Shown piece after piece: positions 1 to 10,294 of a stretch of 64,000 nucleotides of DNA; positions within the stretch are counted from its first letter, which is position 1, and each line of letters opens with the position of its first letter. Location of the stretch: contig JAMOUX010000025.1 in assembly GCA_027067855.1 (NCBI GenBank), positions 11,228-75,227 on the forward strand, written 5' to 3'. Below the pieces are notes generated by a model. That model was not told where the DNA came from. It did not search any database and worked only from the letters and a program-made list of their open reading frames with translations. A program made the position numbers and the translations under genes. The stretch comes from Candidatus Fermentibacteraceae bacterium. Lineage in GTDB: Bacteria; Fermentibacterota; Fermentibacteria; Fermentibacterales; JCC-6.

Positions 1-1
1 A

Positions 2-604
2 ATAGTCGGCGACGGCAGGCAAACCGAGGCATCGGCCAGGGAACTCCTGGAAAGCGGGGTCGGGGCACGGAAAATACTGGAAGAAGGGCTTGCCCCGGCG
101 ATGAAAGAAGTGGAACGGCTGTACGTCGCCGGGAAACTCTTCCTTCCGCACCTCATAGCCGCGGCGGAATCCGCGAAGATACTTATCAGGCTCCTTTCTC
201 CCCATATGGCCGAAGCGGAAAACACGCCATCCCGGGGCAAAGTGCTGCTGGCCTCGGTCAAGGGAGACGTTCACGACATAGGCAGGAACCTCGTGGGCCT
301 GTTCCTGGAAAACGCCGGCTTCCGGGTGGTGGACCTGGGCATGGATGTGCCCGCGGAAAAGATAGTGGAAGGTGCCATGCGAGAGAAAGCCGACATAGTA
401 GCCCTCTCGGCTCTCATGAGTACTACCGTTCCGGAGATGGAAAAAGTGATAAGTCTACTGAAGAGCAACGGCGTTAAAGCCGGGATCCTGTTGGGTGGCG
501 CGGTTCTCACGGCCGATTACGCCGATTCCATAGGCGCGGACGGCTATGCATCCAATGCCTGCGAGGCGGTGAAAGCGGCCGAAAAGCTCATGGAGGGCGA
601 CTGA
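2..604 (+). CDS. Cobalamin-binding cap + B12-binding domain protein (C-terminus of methionine synthase-like or corrinoid protein), 5'-truncated
   Basis: Frame is open from position 2 (IVGDG...ILEEGLAPAM, cap domain); DxHxxG motif GDVHDIGRN; SALMSTT; GGAV. Confidence 0.85.
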   Translation: MVGDGRQTEASARELLESGVGARKILEEGLAPAMKEVERLYVAGKLFLPHLIAAAESAKILIRLLSPHMAEAENTPSRGKVLLASVKGDVHDIGRNLVGLFLENAGFRVVDLGMDVPAEKIVEGAMREKADIVALSALMSTTVPEMEKVISLLKSNGVKAGILLGGAVLTADYADSIGADGYASNACEAVKAAEKLMEGD

Positions 605-610
605 ACGGAA

Positions 611-958
611 TCAACCGCCCGGTGCCTCGGCCACGATGATTTTCGCGGTATTCCCCCAGTCGTTCTGGAAATGATGCCGTTCGTGGGGTCTTATGATGAC
701 CACATCTCCTTCTTCCACCACGTGCATGGCGCCGTCCCCGTCCATGAACAGCAGTCGCCCCAGTATCACCGTCACCACCCTCAGGAAATCGTATTCCCTT
801 CTCGGGAGCCTTCCGGAGGGCTTCACGGTGAGCATCCTCACCGTTAGGACACCGCAACCCTGGGCCTCACCGGCCAGTATCCTGGAAATCACTCCCCTGT
901 AACCTGTCCCGGTCTTCCTTTCGGCTCTTATCTCCCCCGATTTTCTCACCAGCGCCAT
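611..958 (-). CDS. Cupin domain protein
   Basis: GDVVIIRPHERHHFQN cupin motif 2; SD GGAGGT before ATG at 958. Confidence 0.7.
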   Translation of the reverse strand: MALVRKSGEIRAERKTGTGYRGVISRILAGEAQGCGVLTVRMLTVKPSGRLPRREYDFLRVVTVILGRLLFMDGDGAMHVVEEGDVVIIRPHERHHFQNDWGNTAKIIVAEAPGG

Positions 959-1011
959 GCCCACCTCCAAGGCCGCGTTCGCCTTCCGCGGTGCTTCGTC
1001 CCTTCCTTCTC

Positions 1012-1041
1012 TTTACAAGGGAAGCTTCACGGAAGTATATT
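1012..1041 (+). promoter_or_regulatory. Putative sigma70 promoter of the C25 protease gene
   Basis: TTTACA-18 nt-TATATT in an AT-richer intergenic segment. Confidence 0.35.
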
Positions 1042-1102
1042 GAAAAGCGTAAAGGCTTCGAAACCACCCGGTGAGTAATACATATAATCGGAAGGAGACG
1101 AG

Positions 1103-3046
1103 ATGAAGTTTTCGGTTCTTGCACTGCTCTCTGTGGTCCTGGTACTGCAGGCATCCGACCTCTCCATTATGGAGTCGTCGACGGAGGGCGTAGTGTTTCA
1201 TATGACTGCCGCCCAGCCAAGGTTTACCAACACATCTCTACGGGGAGACCGGTTTTCCTCGGTCCACGTGGCTGGTGCCGATAACCTGAGCGAGTTTTCA
1301 ATGCCCAGAGTACCGGTTCTCCGGGCCTGGATAGAAATTCCCGCCGGCGCCGAGGTCGTTCCGGAAATATCCGAGAAAGCGATCACCGAAATAGACGGCC
1401 CCATGTGGCCGATAGAGCCCGGCATAATGTCCGCTTCCAAGAACGAACCCCGCGATGCCTTCACCATGGAATTGGACCCCGAGGTATACCAGAACGGAAA
1501 GGTTTTCCCCGACAGCCGGGTAAGAATCATCTACGCCGGCACCATGAGAGGCCGCAATCTTGCCCTGGTGGAAGTATTCCCCATGCGCTGGGATCCTTCC
1601 AAGAACAAGTGCACCTTCATGAGCGAAGCGACGATATCCCTGACCTTCCGGGGCGGCGACCTCGCCAAGACATACGAGGACGTCCGGCACTACTACGCCC
1701 CTCACTTCGAACGGATGCTCAGCGCCATGACGGCCAACTACGGCACTTTCGAAAACGGAGTGGACACTCCTCCTTCCCCTTACCTCATAGTGGGACATAA
1801 GGATTTCGTGTCCAGCGCCTTGAACGACTTCGTCTCCTGGAAGGAAGACCAGGGGTTCAAAATGACGATGGTTGATCTGGATAGCACGGGAAGCACGGTT
1901 TCCGATATCCAGTCGTACATACGGAACGCCATCGAAAACTGGGACGATCCGCCCGAATTCGTTCTTCTCGTCGGGGATGTGGATTACCTTCCCGGGAATA
2001 CCGCCACGAAATATGACGGCGTCACCGATCTTTATTACGTCACCGTCGGCAGCGACGACTACTTCCCTGACGCTTATATCGGCAGGTTCTCCGTGACTTC
2101 GGCGGAACAAGCCCAGCGCATGGCGGACAGAGTGGTCAACTACGAGCGGGACGTAACCGGATCGACCTCGTGGGTACAGCATACATGCTGGATAGCCAGC
2201 GAAGACAACAACAACATCACGGAGGGTACCCACAACTATTGCATCACGGAATACGTCGACCCCAAGGGTTACAAGTACGTCAAGGTCTATCCCAAGAGCG
2301 GAGGCAAACCCTCGGATGTGATAACTTCGGTCAACAACGGAGTCTCCATGCTCACCTTCTCGGGTCACGGTTCGCAGACCTACTGGCAGGATATGCAATT
2401 CAAGTCCTCGGATTTCAACCAGCTGAAAAACGTCGGCAAGTTCCCCGGCGTACTCTCCCACGCCTGTCTCACCGGTGACTTCGCCACCTCGACCGCCTGG
2501 TGCGAAACCTGGACCAGGACCGAAGGCAAGGGCGGGCTCTGGTTCTGGGGTTCGGTACCCTCATCCTACTGGGACGAGGACGATATCCAGCAGAAAGCCG
2601 AATACGAGTACTTCCTGGATAAATCCATCAACTGGCCCATGGGCTTCCTCAACCCCGGGAAGCGTGCCGTCTACGACCATTACAGCGGAGGCGGTCGTTC
2701 GAAGTACTACTACGAAGGATACAACCTTATGGGAGATCCTTCCGTCGCCATGGCCATATGGGGAAGCACGGCGATAGACAGAGAGACCCGGACAGTCTCC
2801 CCGGGAAACATCACCGTGAACAACCCTGCTATGGGAGCCACCCTGGTGACCCTGAACGGTGACGGACCGGCAGAACTCAGCGTCTTCGACATAACCGGCC
2901 GACTGGTCGAGGTTCCCTTCAGGGGCGACCTCCGCGGCAAGCGTATTATGACCTGGGACACCAGCGACCTTGTTCCCGGTATGTACTTCCTGCGCCTGGA
3001 AAACGGCGGGGAAGCGTATACCACCAAGGTCATGGTGATAAACTAG
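1103..3046 (+). CDS. Gingipain-like C25 cysteine peptidase with propeptide and T9SS-type C-terminal sorting domain
   Basis: Signal peptide; FVLLVGD, IGRFS, catalytic SGHG and SHACLTG, YNLMGDP; C-terminal VFDITGRLV...PGMYFLRL...TTKVMVIN. Confidence 0.9.
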   Translation: MKFSVLALLSVVLVLQASDLSIMESSTEGVVFHMTAAQPRFTNTSLRGDRFSSVHVAGADNLSEFSMPRVPVLRAWIEIPAGAEVVPEISEKAITEIDGPMWPIEPGIMSASKNEPRDAFTMELDPEVYQNGKVFPDSRVRIIYAGTMRGRNLALVEVFPMRWDPSKNKCTFMSEATISLTFRGGDLAKTYEDVRHYYAPHFERMLSAMTANYGTFENGVDTPPSPYLIVGHKDFVSSALNDFVSWKEDQGFKMTMVDLDSTGSTVSDIQSYIRNAIENWDDPPEFVLLVGDVDYLPGNTATKYDGVTDLYYVTVGSDDYFPDAYIGRFSVTSAEQAQRMADRVVNYERDVTGSTSWVQHTCWIASEDNNNITEGTHNYCITEYVDPKGYKYVKVYPKSGGKPSDVITSVNNGVSMLTFSGHGSQTYWQDMQFKSSDFNQLKNVGKFPGVLSHACLTGDFATSTAWCETWTRTEGKGGLWFWGSVPSSYWDEDDIQQKAEYEYFLDKSINWPMGFLNPGKRAVYDHYSGGGRSKYYYEGYNLMGDPSVAMAIWGSTAIDRETRTVSPGNITVNNPAMGATLVTLNGDGPAELSVFDITGRLVEVPFRGDLRGKRIMTWDTSDLVPGMYFLRLENGGEAYTTKVMVIN

Positions 3047-3066
3047 GCCGGAAAACCATATAAGAG

Positions 3067-3100
3067 GGCGGGAGGCATAGCCTCCCGCCTTTCTTTTTTT
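3067..3100 (+). terminator. Intrinsic terminator after C25 gene
   Basis: GGCGGGAGGC-ATA-GCCTCCCGCC then TTTCTTTTTTT. Confidence 0.85.
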
Positions 3101-3118
3101 GCGGTACGGTTTTCGGGA

Positions 3119-6100
3119 TCAGGACGAATCGGGGGACACTTCCAGGAACCTGGAATGCCTGAGAAAAACCAGGTAACCCCGTACCGGCTTCCCGAAGGCG
3201 GCAGCCATGTCGCGAACGTAAAACTCCATGGTTTTTCCGTAATCCCGGACCACCGCTTCCGACCCCGGCTTATCCAGGACATCCGTTTTGTAATCCACGA
3301 CCGCCATTTCCTCCTCCGGGGTTTCCAGGAGCAGGTCTATGTACCTTTGCTTGAATCCGCCGGGAACCCTGGCCATGTACGGATATTCTCTGCCCGCCAC
3401 CCTGCACCTGCGGGGATCGAAGGGCAGGTTCATCCCGAAGAAATTCAAGCAAAGCCGGGTAACCTCGCTGAAATCGTCTCCGCAAAATCTTTCGAGGTCG
3501 ACGCGGTTCGCCCGGATCCATTCTTCCGGGTTCTTCATGTCCAGTTTTTCCATCACCCGGTGCACCATGTCCCCCAGGGCGGCTCCCCTGCCCCGCCATC
3601 CGTCGGGAATAGGTTCCACCGGGAAGAATTCCCCACCGGAAGTTCCGGCGTTCGAAACCGAACCGGGAAACCCAACCGGTTCAATGAGGGATCGGAGCTT
3701 CGGGCCTGTGCCTTCTTCCACTTGCAGGGTGGTCCTGGAAAAGCAGCCCGGATCGTCTTTCTCAGCCGCCTCCAGGCATTTCCACAGAATCGACGCACCA
3801 TCGCCACCCTTTCTTCCCGCGGGTCCGGCCAGGATCGTCAGGGTTTCTTTCGCCCTGGTCACGGCAACGTACAGGAGCCGCCTGACCTCCGCCACCCTTC
3901 TTGCCTTACCGACACATTCTATCCTGGACCAATAGGGCGATCTGACCCTGGTTCTTCCATTCACCGTCATGCCAAGGTCCACCGCCGCGATCCTCTCGTG
4001 ATCATAGAATATCACGGGACCCCTTCGCCTTCCCTCCCCGCTTCCGCCCGGCATGGCCGCCAGCACTACGTGCTTCCAGGCCAGCCCCTTGGCGGAATGA
4101 ATACTGGAAAGAGTCACCGCTCCTCCTTCCGCGGGAACCCGGGGTGGTTCCTCGGGTCTCCCGGGAGACAGGTTCTCGTCCAATACCTCCAGGAGACCGG
4201 CGGTGGTCGTAATCTCCCGGGACATCACCTGCTCCAGGATATGCTGCAGGTTTCCCAGTCGCCTGCTCACCTGGAATCCCGATGAACAGAGAACGGCAAG
4301 CATGGGGGTTTGCATGAGCAGTTCAAACAGGAAATCGGCCAGGGGCATCGAGCGCAGGGCGCTCCTCAGAACTTCGAGGGTTTCCATGGCATTCCGTACC
4401 CCGGACTTCACTTCGTTCCGCATGATGTACCCGGTGATCTCCACGTCGTTCAAACCGAAGAACGGTGATCTCAGAGTGTGAACCAGGGACACATCATCCC
4501 CCGGGTCCGCCAGGCACTTCAACAATCTGTGAAGGTCGATAATTTCAAGCCTCTTCAGAAAATCCTTCGACGTACTCACGGTATACGGTATCCCCGCCTT
4601 CTCCAGGGCATCGACAAACCGACGCAGATGTGTGCCGGACTTGTAAAGCAGTGCGTAATCTCCCGGAGATTCCCCGGCCTCGATCCCTTTTCCTACGAAC
4701 CCGGCGAACCAGTCTCCCTGGAGCTTCGCCAACTCCGCCGCGCCGGGGCGTCCCTCCTTCGCGTCCCCGCCGGGCAATACCAGCACCCCGACCGGTTTCC
4801 CCTCCACTGCGCCGGGGGCGGGTTTTATGGGAGAATATTCGCAGGAAAAAGGTTCCTCCTCCCTGCTGCGGGAAGAAAACAGTTTCTCCCCGAAAGAATT
4901 GACGAACCTTACTATAGACCGGGTACTGCGGAAGTTAGTGGAGATGTCCACCGACAAGGCGCCGCCTTTCTCCAGGTCGCGCCTGAACTTGTTGTAAGTC
5001 TCTATGTCGGCGCTTCTCCAGCCGTAGATGGACTGTTTGTCGTCACCTACTATGGTAACTCTGCCACGGGGAATCCTTCCGCCCTTTCCCAGAAATCCGA
5101 GAAATATCTCCGCCTGCTCCCTGCTGGTATCCTGGAACTCGTCGATCAACACGTGAGAAAACCTCTCCGAGAGTTCTCCGGCAAGTTTTTCCTCCTTCGC
5201 CAGCACTTCGTTCAACCGGAAAAGAAGGTCATCATAAGAAAGCCTGCTTCCGTCCGAATCCCACTTTTCCCGCAACTCCCGTGCGAAACTTCCGGCGAAT
5301 CTCCAGGTCGACTCAGTCCACTTGCCCGAGTAAATGATCCCGGACTCTTTCTCGAGGAAGTTCCTCACGTTCCTGAGAACTTCCCTGGCCGATACGGGGT
5401 CGGACCAGTTCTTAGCGGAACCGACACGCAGGTTGATTCCGCTTCCGGCCAGGGCGAGCAGGTCCGGGGGAGGAAGAGGCATCGCTCTTTCTATCTCCCG
5501 CAACCTCCCCAGCAGTTCCGCCGCCACTCCATACCGCTTATCCCTTTTATCGAGGCATTGCTCCATCATGTTTTCGACGTCGGCAATCACTTTCTCCAGG
5601 CGTCGGGCGAAAATCTCCTCCGCCTCACGGATTCCGCCGAAACATTCCCGGGATTCCAGCCACCTCTTCCCCTCCACCTGCATCGCCACTTTCTTCTGCA
5701 GGGCCGTACCGGTTCGCGCCAGCAGCTCCCTCTCTTCGCGGGACGGCTTCCTGTCCAGCAACCACCTGTCCCAGGAAATCTCCATCTCCAGCGGCGTGAA
5801 ATGAGATTCCGTCACAGCGAAGTCCGGATCCACTCCGGCAAGGTTGAAATACTCCCTGAGAACCCGGGAGGCGAAACCATGAATGGTGGAAATCCAGGCA
5901 AACGGGATTTGCGACAGCGCATTCCCGCATCTTTCGTCGTTCCCCGCCTCTTCCGTCAGCAATTTTCTGATCCTCAGTCTCAACTCCGCAGCGGCCGCCT
6001 CGGTAAAGGTCACTACCAGCAGGCTGTTCAAGGGCACGCCGCTCTTAACCAGGTTCACGACCCGCCGTACCATCAAGGTGGTCTTGCCGGTACCGGCTCC

Positions 6101-6187
6101 GGCATGGACGGAAACGTTCCTGCGGGTTTCGGCCAGCACCGCGCGCCTCGCCGCTTCGTCCGGCGGAAAGAACGGGTTCGTCTTCAT
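3119..6187 (-). CDS. addA: AddA-like UvrD-family helicase/nuclease
   Basis: AGAGTGKT, VTFTEAAA, STIHGF, IDEFQDT, VGDDKQSIY, SIHSAKGL, LYVAVTRAK; C-terminal IDLL...VVDYKTD nuclease. Confidence 0.88.
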   Translation of the reverse strand: MKTNPFFPPDEAARRAVLAETRRNVSVHAGAGTGKTTLMVRRVVNLVKSGVPLNSLLVVTFTEAAAAELRLRIRKLLTEEAGNDERCGNALSQIPFAWISTIHGFASRVLREYFNLAGVDPDFAVTESHFTPLEMEISWDRWLLDRKPSREERELLARTGTALQKKVAMQVEGKRWLESRECFGGIREAEEIFARRLEKVIADVENMMEQCLDKRDKRYGVAAELLGRLREIERAMPLPPPDLLALAGSGINLRVGSAKNWSDPVSAREVLRNVRNFLEKESGIIYSGKWTESTWRFAGSFARELREKWDSDGSRLSYDDLLFRLNEVLAKEEKLAGELSERFSHVLIDEFQDTSREQAEIFLGFLGKGGRIPRGRVTIVGDDKQSIYGWRSADIETYNKFRRDLEKGGALSVDISTNFRSTRSIVRFVNSFGEKLFSSRSREEEPFSCEYSPIKPAPGAVEGKPVGVLVLPGGDAKEGRPGAAELAKLQGDWFAGFVGKGIEAGESPGDYALLYKSGTHLRRFVDALEKAGIPYTVSTSKDFLKRLEIIDLHRLLKCLADPGDDVSLVHTLRSPFFGLNDVEITGYIMRNEVKSGVRNAMETLEVLRSALRSMPLADFLFELLMQTPMLAVLCSSGFQVSRRLGNLQHILEQVMSREITTTAGLLEVLDENLSPGRPEEPPRVPAEGGAVTLSSIHSAKGLAWKHVVLAAMPGGSGEGRRRGPVIFYDHERIAAVDLGMTVNGRTRVRSPYWSRIECVGKARRVAEVRRLLYVAVTRAKETLTILAGPAGRKGGDGASILWKCLEAAEKDDPGCFSRTTLQVEEGTGPKLRSLIEPVGFPGSVSNAGTSGGEFFPVEPIPDGWRGRGAALGDMVHRVMEKLDMKNPEEWIRANRVDLERFCGDDFSEVTRLCLNFFGMNLPFDPRRCRVAGREYPYMARVPGGFKQRYIDLLLETPEEEMAVVDYKTDVLDKPGSEAVVRDYGKTMEFYVRDMAAAFGKPVRGYLVFLRHSRFLEVSPDSS

Positions 6188-9033
6188 TTAACCTTCAATC
6201 TCTCCCTGAAGAATCCCATGCGTTCATCAACGCCCACCTTGGCCGCCAGCCTGGTGTCCGGCGTTTTCCTGCAAAGATCCTTGAACGCGCAATGCCCGCA
6301 ATCCGTCGTGGGGACGGGAGGGAACAAACCCTCGCGCATCATCCCCACCAGGGTTTCCACGTTCATCCTGACCGTGTCCTTCATGGATTCGATATCCCTG
6401 CCGCCGAACTCCATGAGTTTTCCCGGGTCCCTGCGTGAGATCGAAACGTAGGCCACCGAAGCCACTTCCCTTTCGGGAAAATTGTTTCGCGCCAGCAGGT
6501 AGTAGAAAGGCAGCTGGTATTTCAAACCCCCGGTCACGCTTTTCCGCAACGGCAGGATACCGGTTTTCAGATCCAGAAGGATCAACCCGGAATCGGAGTC
6601 CTCCAGAACCAGGTCTATTCTCCCGTGAATCTTCGTACCGGCCAATTCGCCGTGCAGGTCGACTTCGGCCCCGAAGAACCTCCAGTTCCTGTCGGCCAGT
6701 GTGTCGAGGCTGTTCAATATCGTCTCGCTCTCCCTTTCAACAAATATTTCCACGAGGTACCTCGAACCCAGGGACTCTTCCAGTCTATGGGCCTTCGCCG
6801 CCGATTCCATCCTTTCCTTCACCACCGCTCCGCCGGGACGGAACCCGTGATGCTCCACCAGCCATTCCACCACCTCGTGCATGAGTCTTCCCCTGGTGAA
6901 AGGATCGGGTTCGCTCCCGGTCTCGCCCCTGATTCGTCTGCCGGGAACCCAGCATCTGGCTGCAAGAAAAGCGAAGGGACAGGCGGCATATTCCTCCAGC
7001 ATGGTCGGGGAAATCTCGTCCAGGGGAACGGGACAATATCCCAATATGCCGTCGAACTCGTCGAACGGACGACCATGATCCATTCTGGCGGCTTCACCCC
7101 CGGCCGCACCTTCCGACAGGGGATCACTCCCGGAAAGTTTTCCGGACAGGGCTTCCATCGCGGTTCTCTGCCCCGGATGGGTCCCTCCGAGAAGCTGTAC
7201 CACGGGAGAGGAGGTCTGCCGGGAGAACTCCGGGCCGTCCTCACCCATGCGATCCAGCAGCGGCACCAGGAACGGGGAAGGGGCCGTTTCGCTCCCCGAG
7301 GCGGACCTGCCCGTGTAAACGAGGACCATACGCTTCCCAGCCGCCTCGCCGGCCTGCCTGAGCAGCAGCAGTTCCTCCTTTTCCTTCATTGAAACCGGAG
7401 AGAGTTGCAGCATCTTCCTCAACTCGTCCTCCAGCCTGGGATCCTCCGTACTTTTACCCGGAAACACTCCCTCCTCCAGGTCCATGAATATCACGGCATC
7501 GAAGAGATCTCCCCTGAGCCTTTCAGGAGAGAGCACCCGGAACCCGGAGGAATCCGCTTCCCTAAGGATCATCCCGACGGATTCCAGGTACGCCCGGTAT
7601 GCGGCCGCAAACCGCGTGAATGCCACCTTCTCTTCGTGCCTGAACGCCGACACGTCGAAAAGGACGTTCCACGTTACGGAATCGCGGTTCAGGGACGAAA
7701 TCCGGACAGCCAGATCTCCCAGTGCGGCCATGAAACCGGACGGGGAAGCGGGCTTCGATACTTTCTTCGTGAAATTTCCCATCTCCCGCACGAACCGGAC
7801 GAGCCCGGCGGAGCCATTTCCTTTTCCGCTCCATTCCAGCCACCTGTCCGGACCGTACCTGATGCCGGAGGAGGCCGACACGTTCAGGAGTTCCGTGGAA
7901 TTCACCGCCAGGTCCCCCGCCAATATTCCGTGGGAAAGCACCTTCTCCATCAATCCGACATGCATACCGCCCGTCACGGCTTTCAGCACGTCGGCCACGA
8001 ACCCCGCAACCGGGAGATCCGCAAGCCTCGAACGAAGAGGTTCGTTCACCGGGAGGCCTTCATGCACCGCCATTCTTACCAAGCTTCCCCCGTCCGCCTT
8101 TCGTCTCACCACGGCTACCCGTTCGAAGGGGATGCCCTCGCCGTGAAGGTCTTGCACCGTTTTCAGGACCGCCCTGCACGCACCCGTCTCTCCGGCGGCG
8201 GAAATTATGGAGAGACCCCGCGGAACGGCGGTGACTCCTCCGGACACGCCCATCTCTTCGAAAACGATGCCGAAATCGTTCATGGCAACAGCTCCGTCCG
8301 AACGCACCACGGTGGAGAAACCCATCTCTTCCAGGAAGCTCCTGGTGCGCCCATAGATTTCCCGCCACGCAGAGCCGTCCGAAACCGGGCTGAACCAATA
8401 CACTTTCATTCCCCGGGCGAGGAGCTTTCTGAGAAAACGTCTCTGGCCGGGGTTGAGATCGTAGAAACCGTAGAATATCATTGTTTCCGGAGGTATCCCG
8501 GATACGGAATCGAGTATCATGTCGGAACAGTTGGAGTAACGGCGTGACCTGGTCTCGCCGTATGAAGCGAACAGCCCGCCCACCGTTGCCTCCGTCACCG
8601 TGGGGTCCCGAGGCAGGGACATGGTCACCTGCCGGTACATTTCCGGGGTGACACCATAGTCGAAAAGTCTTTCGAAGAACGTTCCGAGGGAAAGGGCGGT
8701 ATCGGGATTATCTTTCAGAGGATGGAAAGGCAGACCTTCGGGCAGGGACGACATCGCCCGGAGAGTGAACAGTATCCTGTCACCCGCACTCACCGTTTCC
8801 ACGGAAACCGGAACCCGGGCCAGCTTGCAGGCGAGGTGTGCGAAACCCGGGAAGAAGTCAATGCCGGCGACCACCGACCGTCCGGTGGATTCGAGAAAAA
8901 GTTCCCTGAGACGTCGCAACGGCCCCGCCCCCGATGCCGTCACCCATATTCCCCCGCCATCGGGCAGCCCGGCCACCAGTTTCCGGAAATCCTCTTCCAG
9001 TGCCCTGTAATGCCCCTCGTACAGGATCTTCAT
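6184..9033 (-). CDS. addB: AddB-like PD-(D/E)XK nuclease with Fe-S staple
   Basis: SPTMLEEYAACPF, GRIDLV, LDLKTG, YQLPFY, CGHCAFKDLC; 4-nt overlap with addA. Confidence 0.8.
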   Translation of the reverse strand: MKILYEGHYRALEEDFRKLVAGLPDGGGIWVTASGAGPLRRLRELFLESTGRSVVAGIDFFPGFAHLACKLARVPVSVETVSAGDRILFTLRAMSSLPEGLPFHPLKDNPDTALSLGTFFERLFDYGVTPEMYRQVTMSLPRDPTVTEATVGGLFASYGETRSRRYSNCSDMILDSVSGIPPETMIFYGFYDLNPGQRRFLRKLLARGMKVYWFSPVSDGSAWREIYGRTRSFLEEMGFSTVVRSDGAVAMNDFGIVFEEMGVSGGVTAVPRGLSIISAAGETGACRAVLKTVQDLHGEGIPFERVAVVRRKADGGSLVRMAVHEGLPVNEPLRSRLADLPVAGFVADVLKAVTGGMHVGLMEKVLSHGILAGDLAVNSTELLNVSASSGIRYGPDRWLEWSGKGNGSAGLVRFVREMGNFTKKVSKPASPSGFMAALGDLAVRISSLNRDSVTWNVLFDVSAFRHEEKVAFTRFAAAYRAYLESVGMILREADSSGFRVLSPERLRGDLFDAVIFMDLEEGVFPGKSTEDPRLEDELRKMLQLSPVSMKEKEELLLLRQAGEAAGKRMVLVYTGRSASGSETAPSPFLVPLLDRMGEDGPEFSRQTSSPVVQLLGGTHPGQRTAMEALSGKLSGSDPLSEGAAGGEAARMDHGRPFDEFDGILGYCPVPLDEISPTMLEEYAACPFAFLAARCWVPGRRIRGETGSEPDPFTRGRLMHEVVEWLVEHHGFRPGGAVVKERMESAAKAHRLEESLGSRYLVEIFVERESETILNSLDTLADRNWRFFGAEVDLHGELAGTKIHGRIDLVLEDSDSGLILLDLKTGILPLRKSVTGGLKYQLPFYYLLARNNFPEREVASVAYVSISRRDPGKLMEFGGRDIESMKDTVRMNVETLVGMMREGLFPPVPTTDCGHCAFKDLCRKTPDTRLAAKVGVDERMGFFRERLKVK

Positions 9034-9061
9034 GGCCGTGTTCCCTCTCCGCTTCCCCGAA

Positions 9062-10180
9062 TCACCTTATGAGGAACAGGGTGAACCGGGCGACCGGTTC
9101 ATCGCCGGGGGCTTCACGCAGCATTCCGGTAACGCAGCCCTTCTCCAACACATCCAGTAAATCCGTGGCCAAGTGGCCGCTGGGACCATTGGGCAAGCCC
9201 TCGAAACCGAAAAAGATTACCGAATCCTCCCCGGGTCCGGTGAAAGCATAGAGCGGACCGCCGCCGTCACAGGGGTACACACCGCACATGTACAGTTCAT
9301 CATAACCCGTCTCCAGCACCAGGTCGCCCTTGGAATTCACCACGAAACGCGGTGACTCGCCCATACCCAGCTCGCCGGGACGGGCTCCCTCGATACTGAT
9401 GCCGATGGAAAGGGGGGACGGCGGAATGGAACCCATAATGTACTCTACCAGGCCCCTGAGGTTTCCAATCAGGGGTGAAGTGGGAAACAGCCTGCATGAA
9501 TATACGTTCCCGTCGGCTTCCATTATTCTTCCGCTCATCCGCAGGCGCTTCCCGGCACGGGTGGTGAGATCCAACCTCACCGGAGGTTCCCCGGGACGGG
9601 CCGATTCCCCCATATCCAGCATCCACCCTTCCAGTACCAGGCCGTCCAGGTATTCTTCCCCGGATTCCGTCACCCAATGCCTTTCCGTTCTCCCGGCGAC
9701 CATTTCGATGATTTCGCCGCCGCCCGCCGTCCAGATCGTTATTTTCACTTCCCTGGGGGGAAGAAATCCGTCCTTCAGAAGACCGATAAGCTCCGAAGAA
9801 CTGATCACGCGCGGAGTTACCCCGACGGAGACGGGGAAATCCAGAGTTTCCAGGGTCCAGTAACCCCGGCCGGGCACACCTACGATAAACGGAAAACCTT
9901 CCCCGTCCGCGATCAGCAGGACTCCCGGGAGGGATTCCATGGTGATTCGGCGAAACCCGTCCATTTCGAAACGAATGGTGTCACCCGGAACGTATTCCCC
10001 CCGGAAGGATTCCTTCACCACCGCCGACATCACCCCGGGAGCCGCCGCAAGGTCCGCCGTCACGATCCAGGACGACTCCTGCAGGAATTCTTCCAGTTCA
10101 ACCACGGTCGGGCCGGCGGAAACACCGGCGGCCAGCACGACGAGAATCGGACACCATGGGCGCACTCCCCTCAAATCCAT
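9062..10180 (-). CDS. Hypothetical exported protein
   Basis: Long ORF; hydrophobic N-terminus (PILVVLAAGVSA); start uncertain (10180 vs 10243). Confidence 0.65.
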   Translation of the reverse strand: MDLRGVRPWCPILVVLAAGVSAGPTVVELEEFLQESSWIVTADLAAAPGVMSAVVKESFRGEYVPGDTIRFEMDGFRRITMESLPGVLLIADGEGFPFIVGVPGRGYWTLETLDFPVSVGVTPRVISSSELIGLLKDGFLPPREVKITIWTAGGGEIIEMVAGRTERHWVTESGEEYLDGLVLEGWMLDMGESARPGEPPVRLDLTTRAGKRLRMSGRIMEADGNVYSCRLFPTSPLIGNLRGLVEYIMGSIPPSPLSIGISIEGARPGELGMGESPRFVVNSKGDLVLETGYDELYMCGVYPCDGGGPLYAFTGPGEDSVIFFGFEGLPNGPSGHLATDLLDVLEKGCVTGMLREAPGDEPVARFTLFLIR

Positions 10181-10294
10181 TTTCCCTATTCCTTCCTTCC
10201 CGGTGTGCTCCATTCCAATACCGCTTTTACTATAATCAATCACATGAAGACGAAGACGCGGGAAAGCCCCGTGTAAACCGCCGAGGAGTGCGAA

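Noticed and set aside
4478..6451. 657-aa plus-strand ORF, and similar long ORFs at 30564-32138, 34222-35934, 44506-46209, 45731-47419, 61527-62930 and 62510-63907
   Set aside because: Antisense shadows of well-supported genes; expected from GC-rich codon bias; no recognisable motifs
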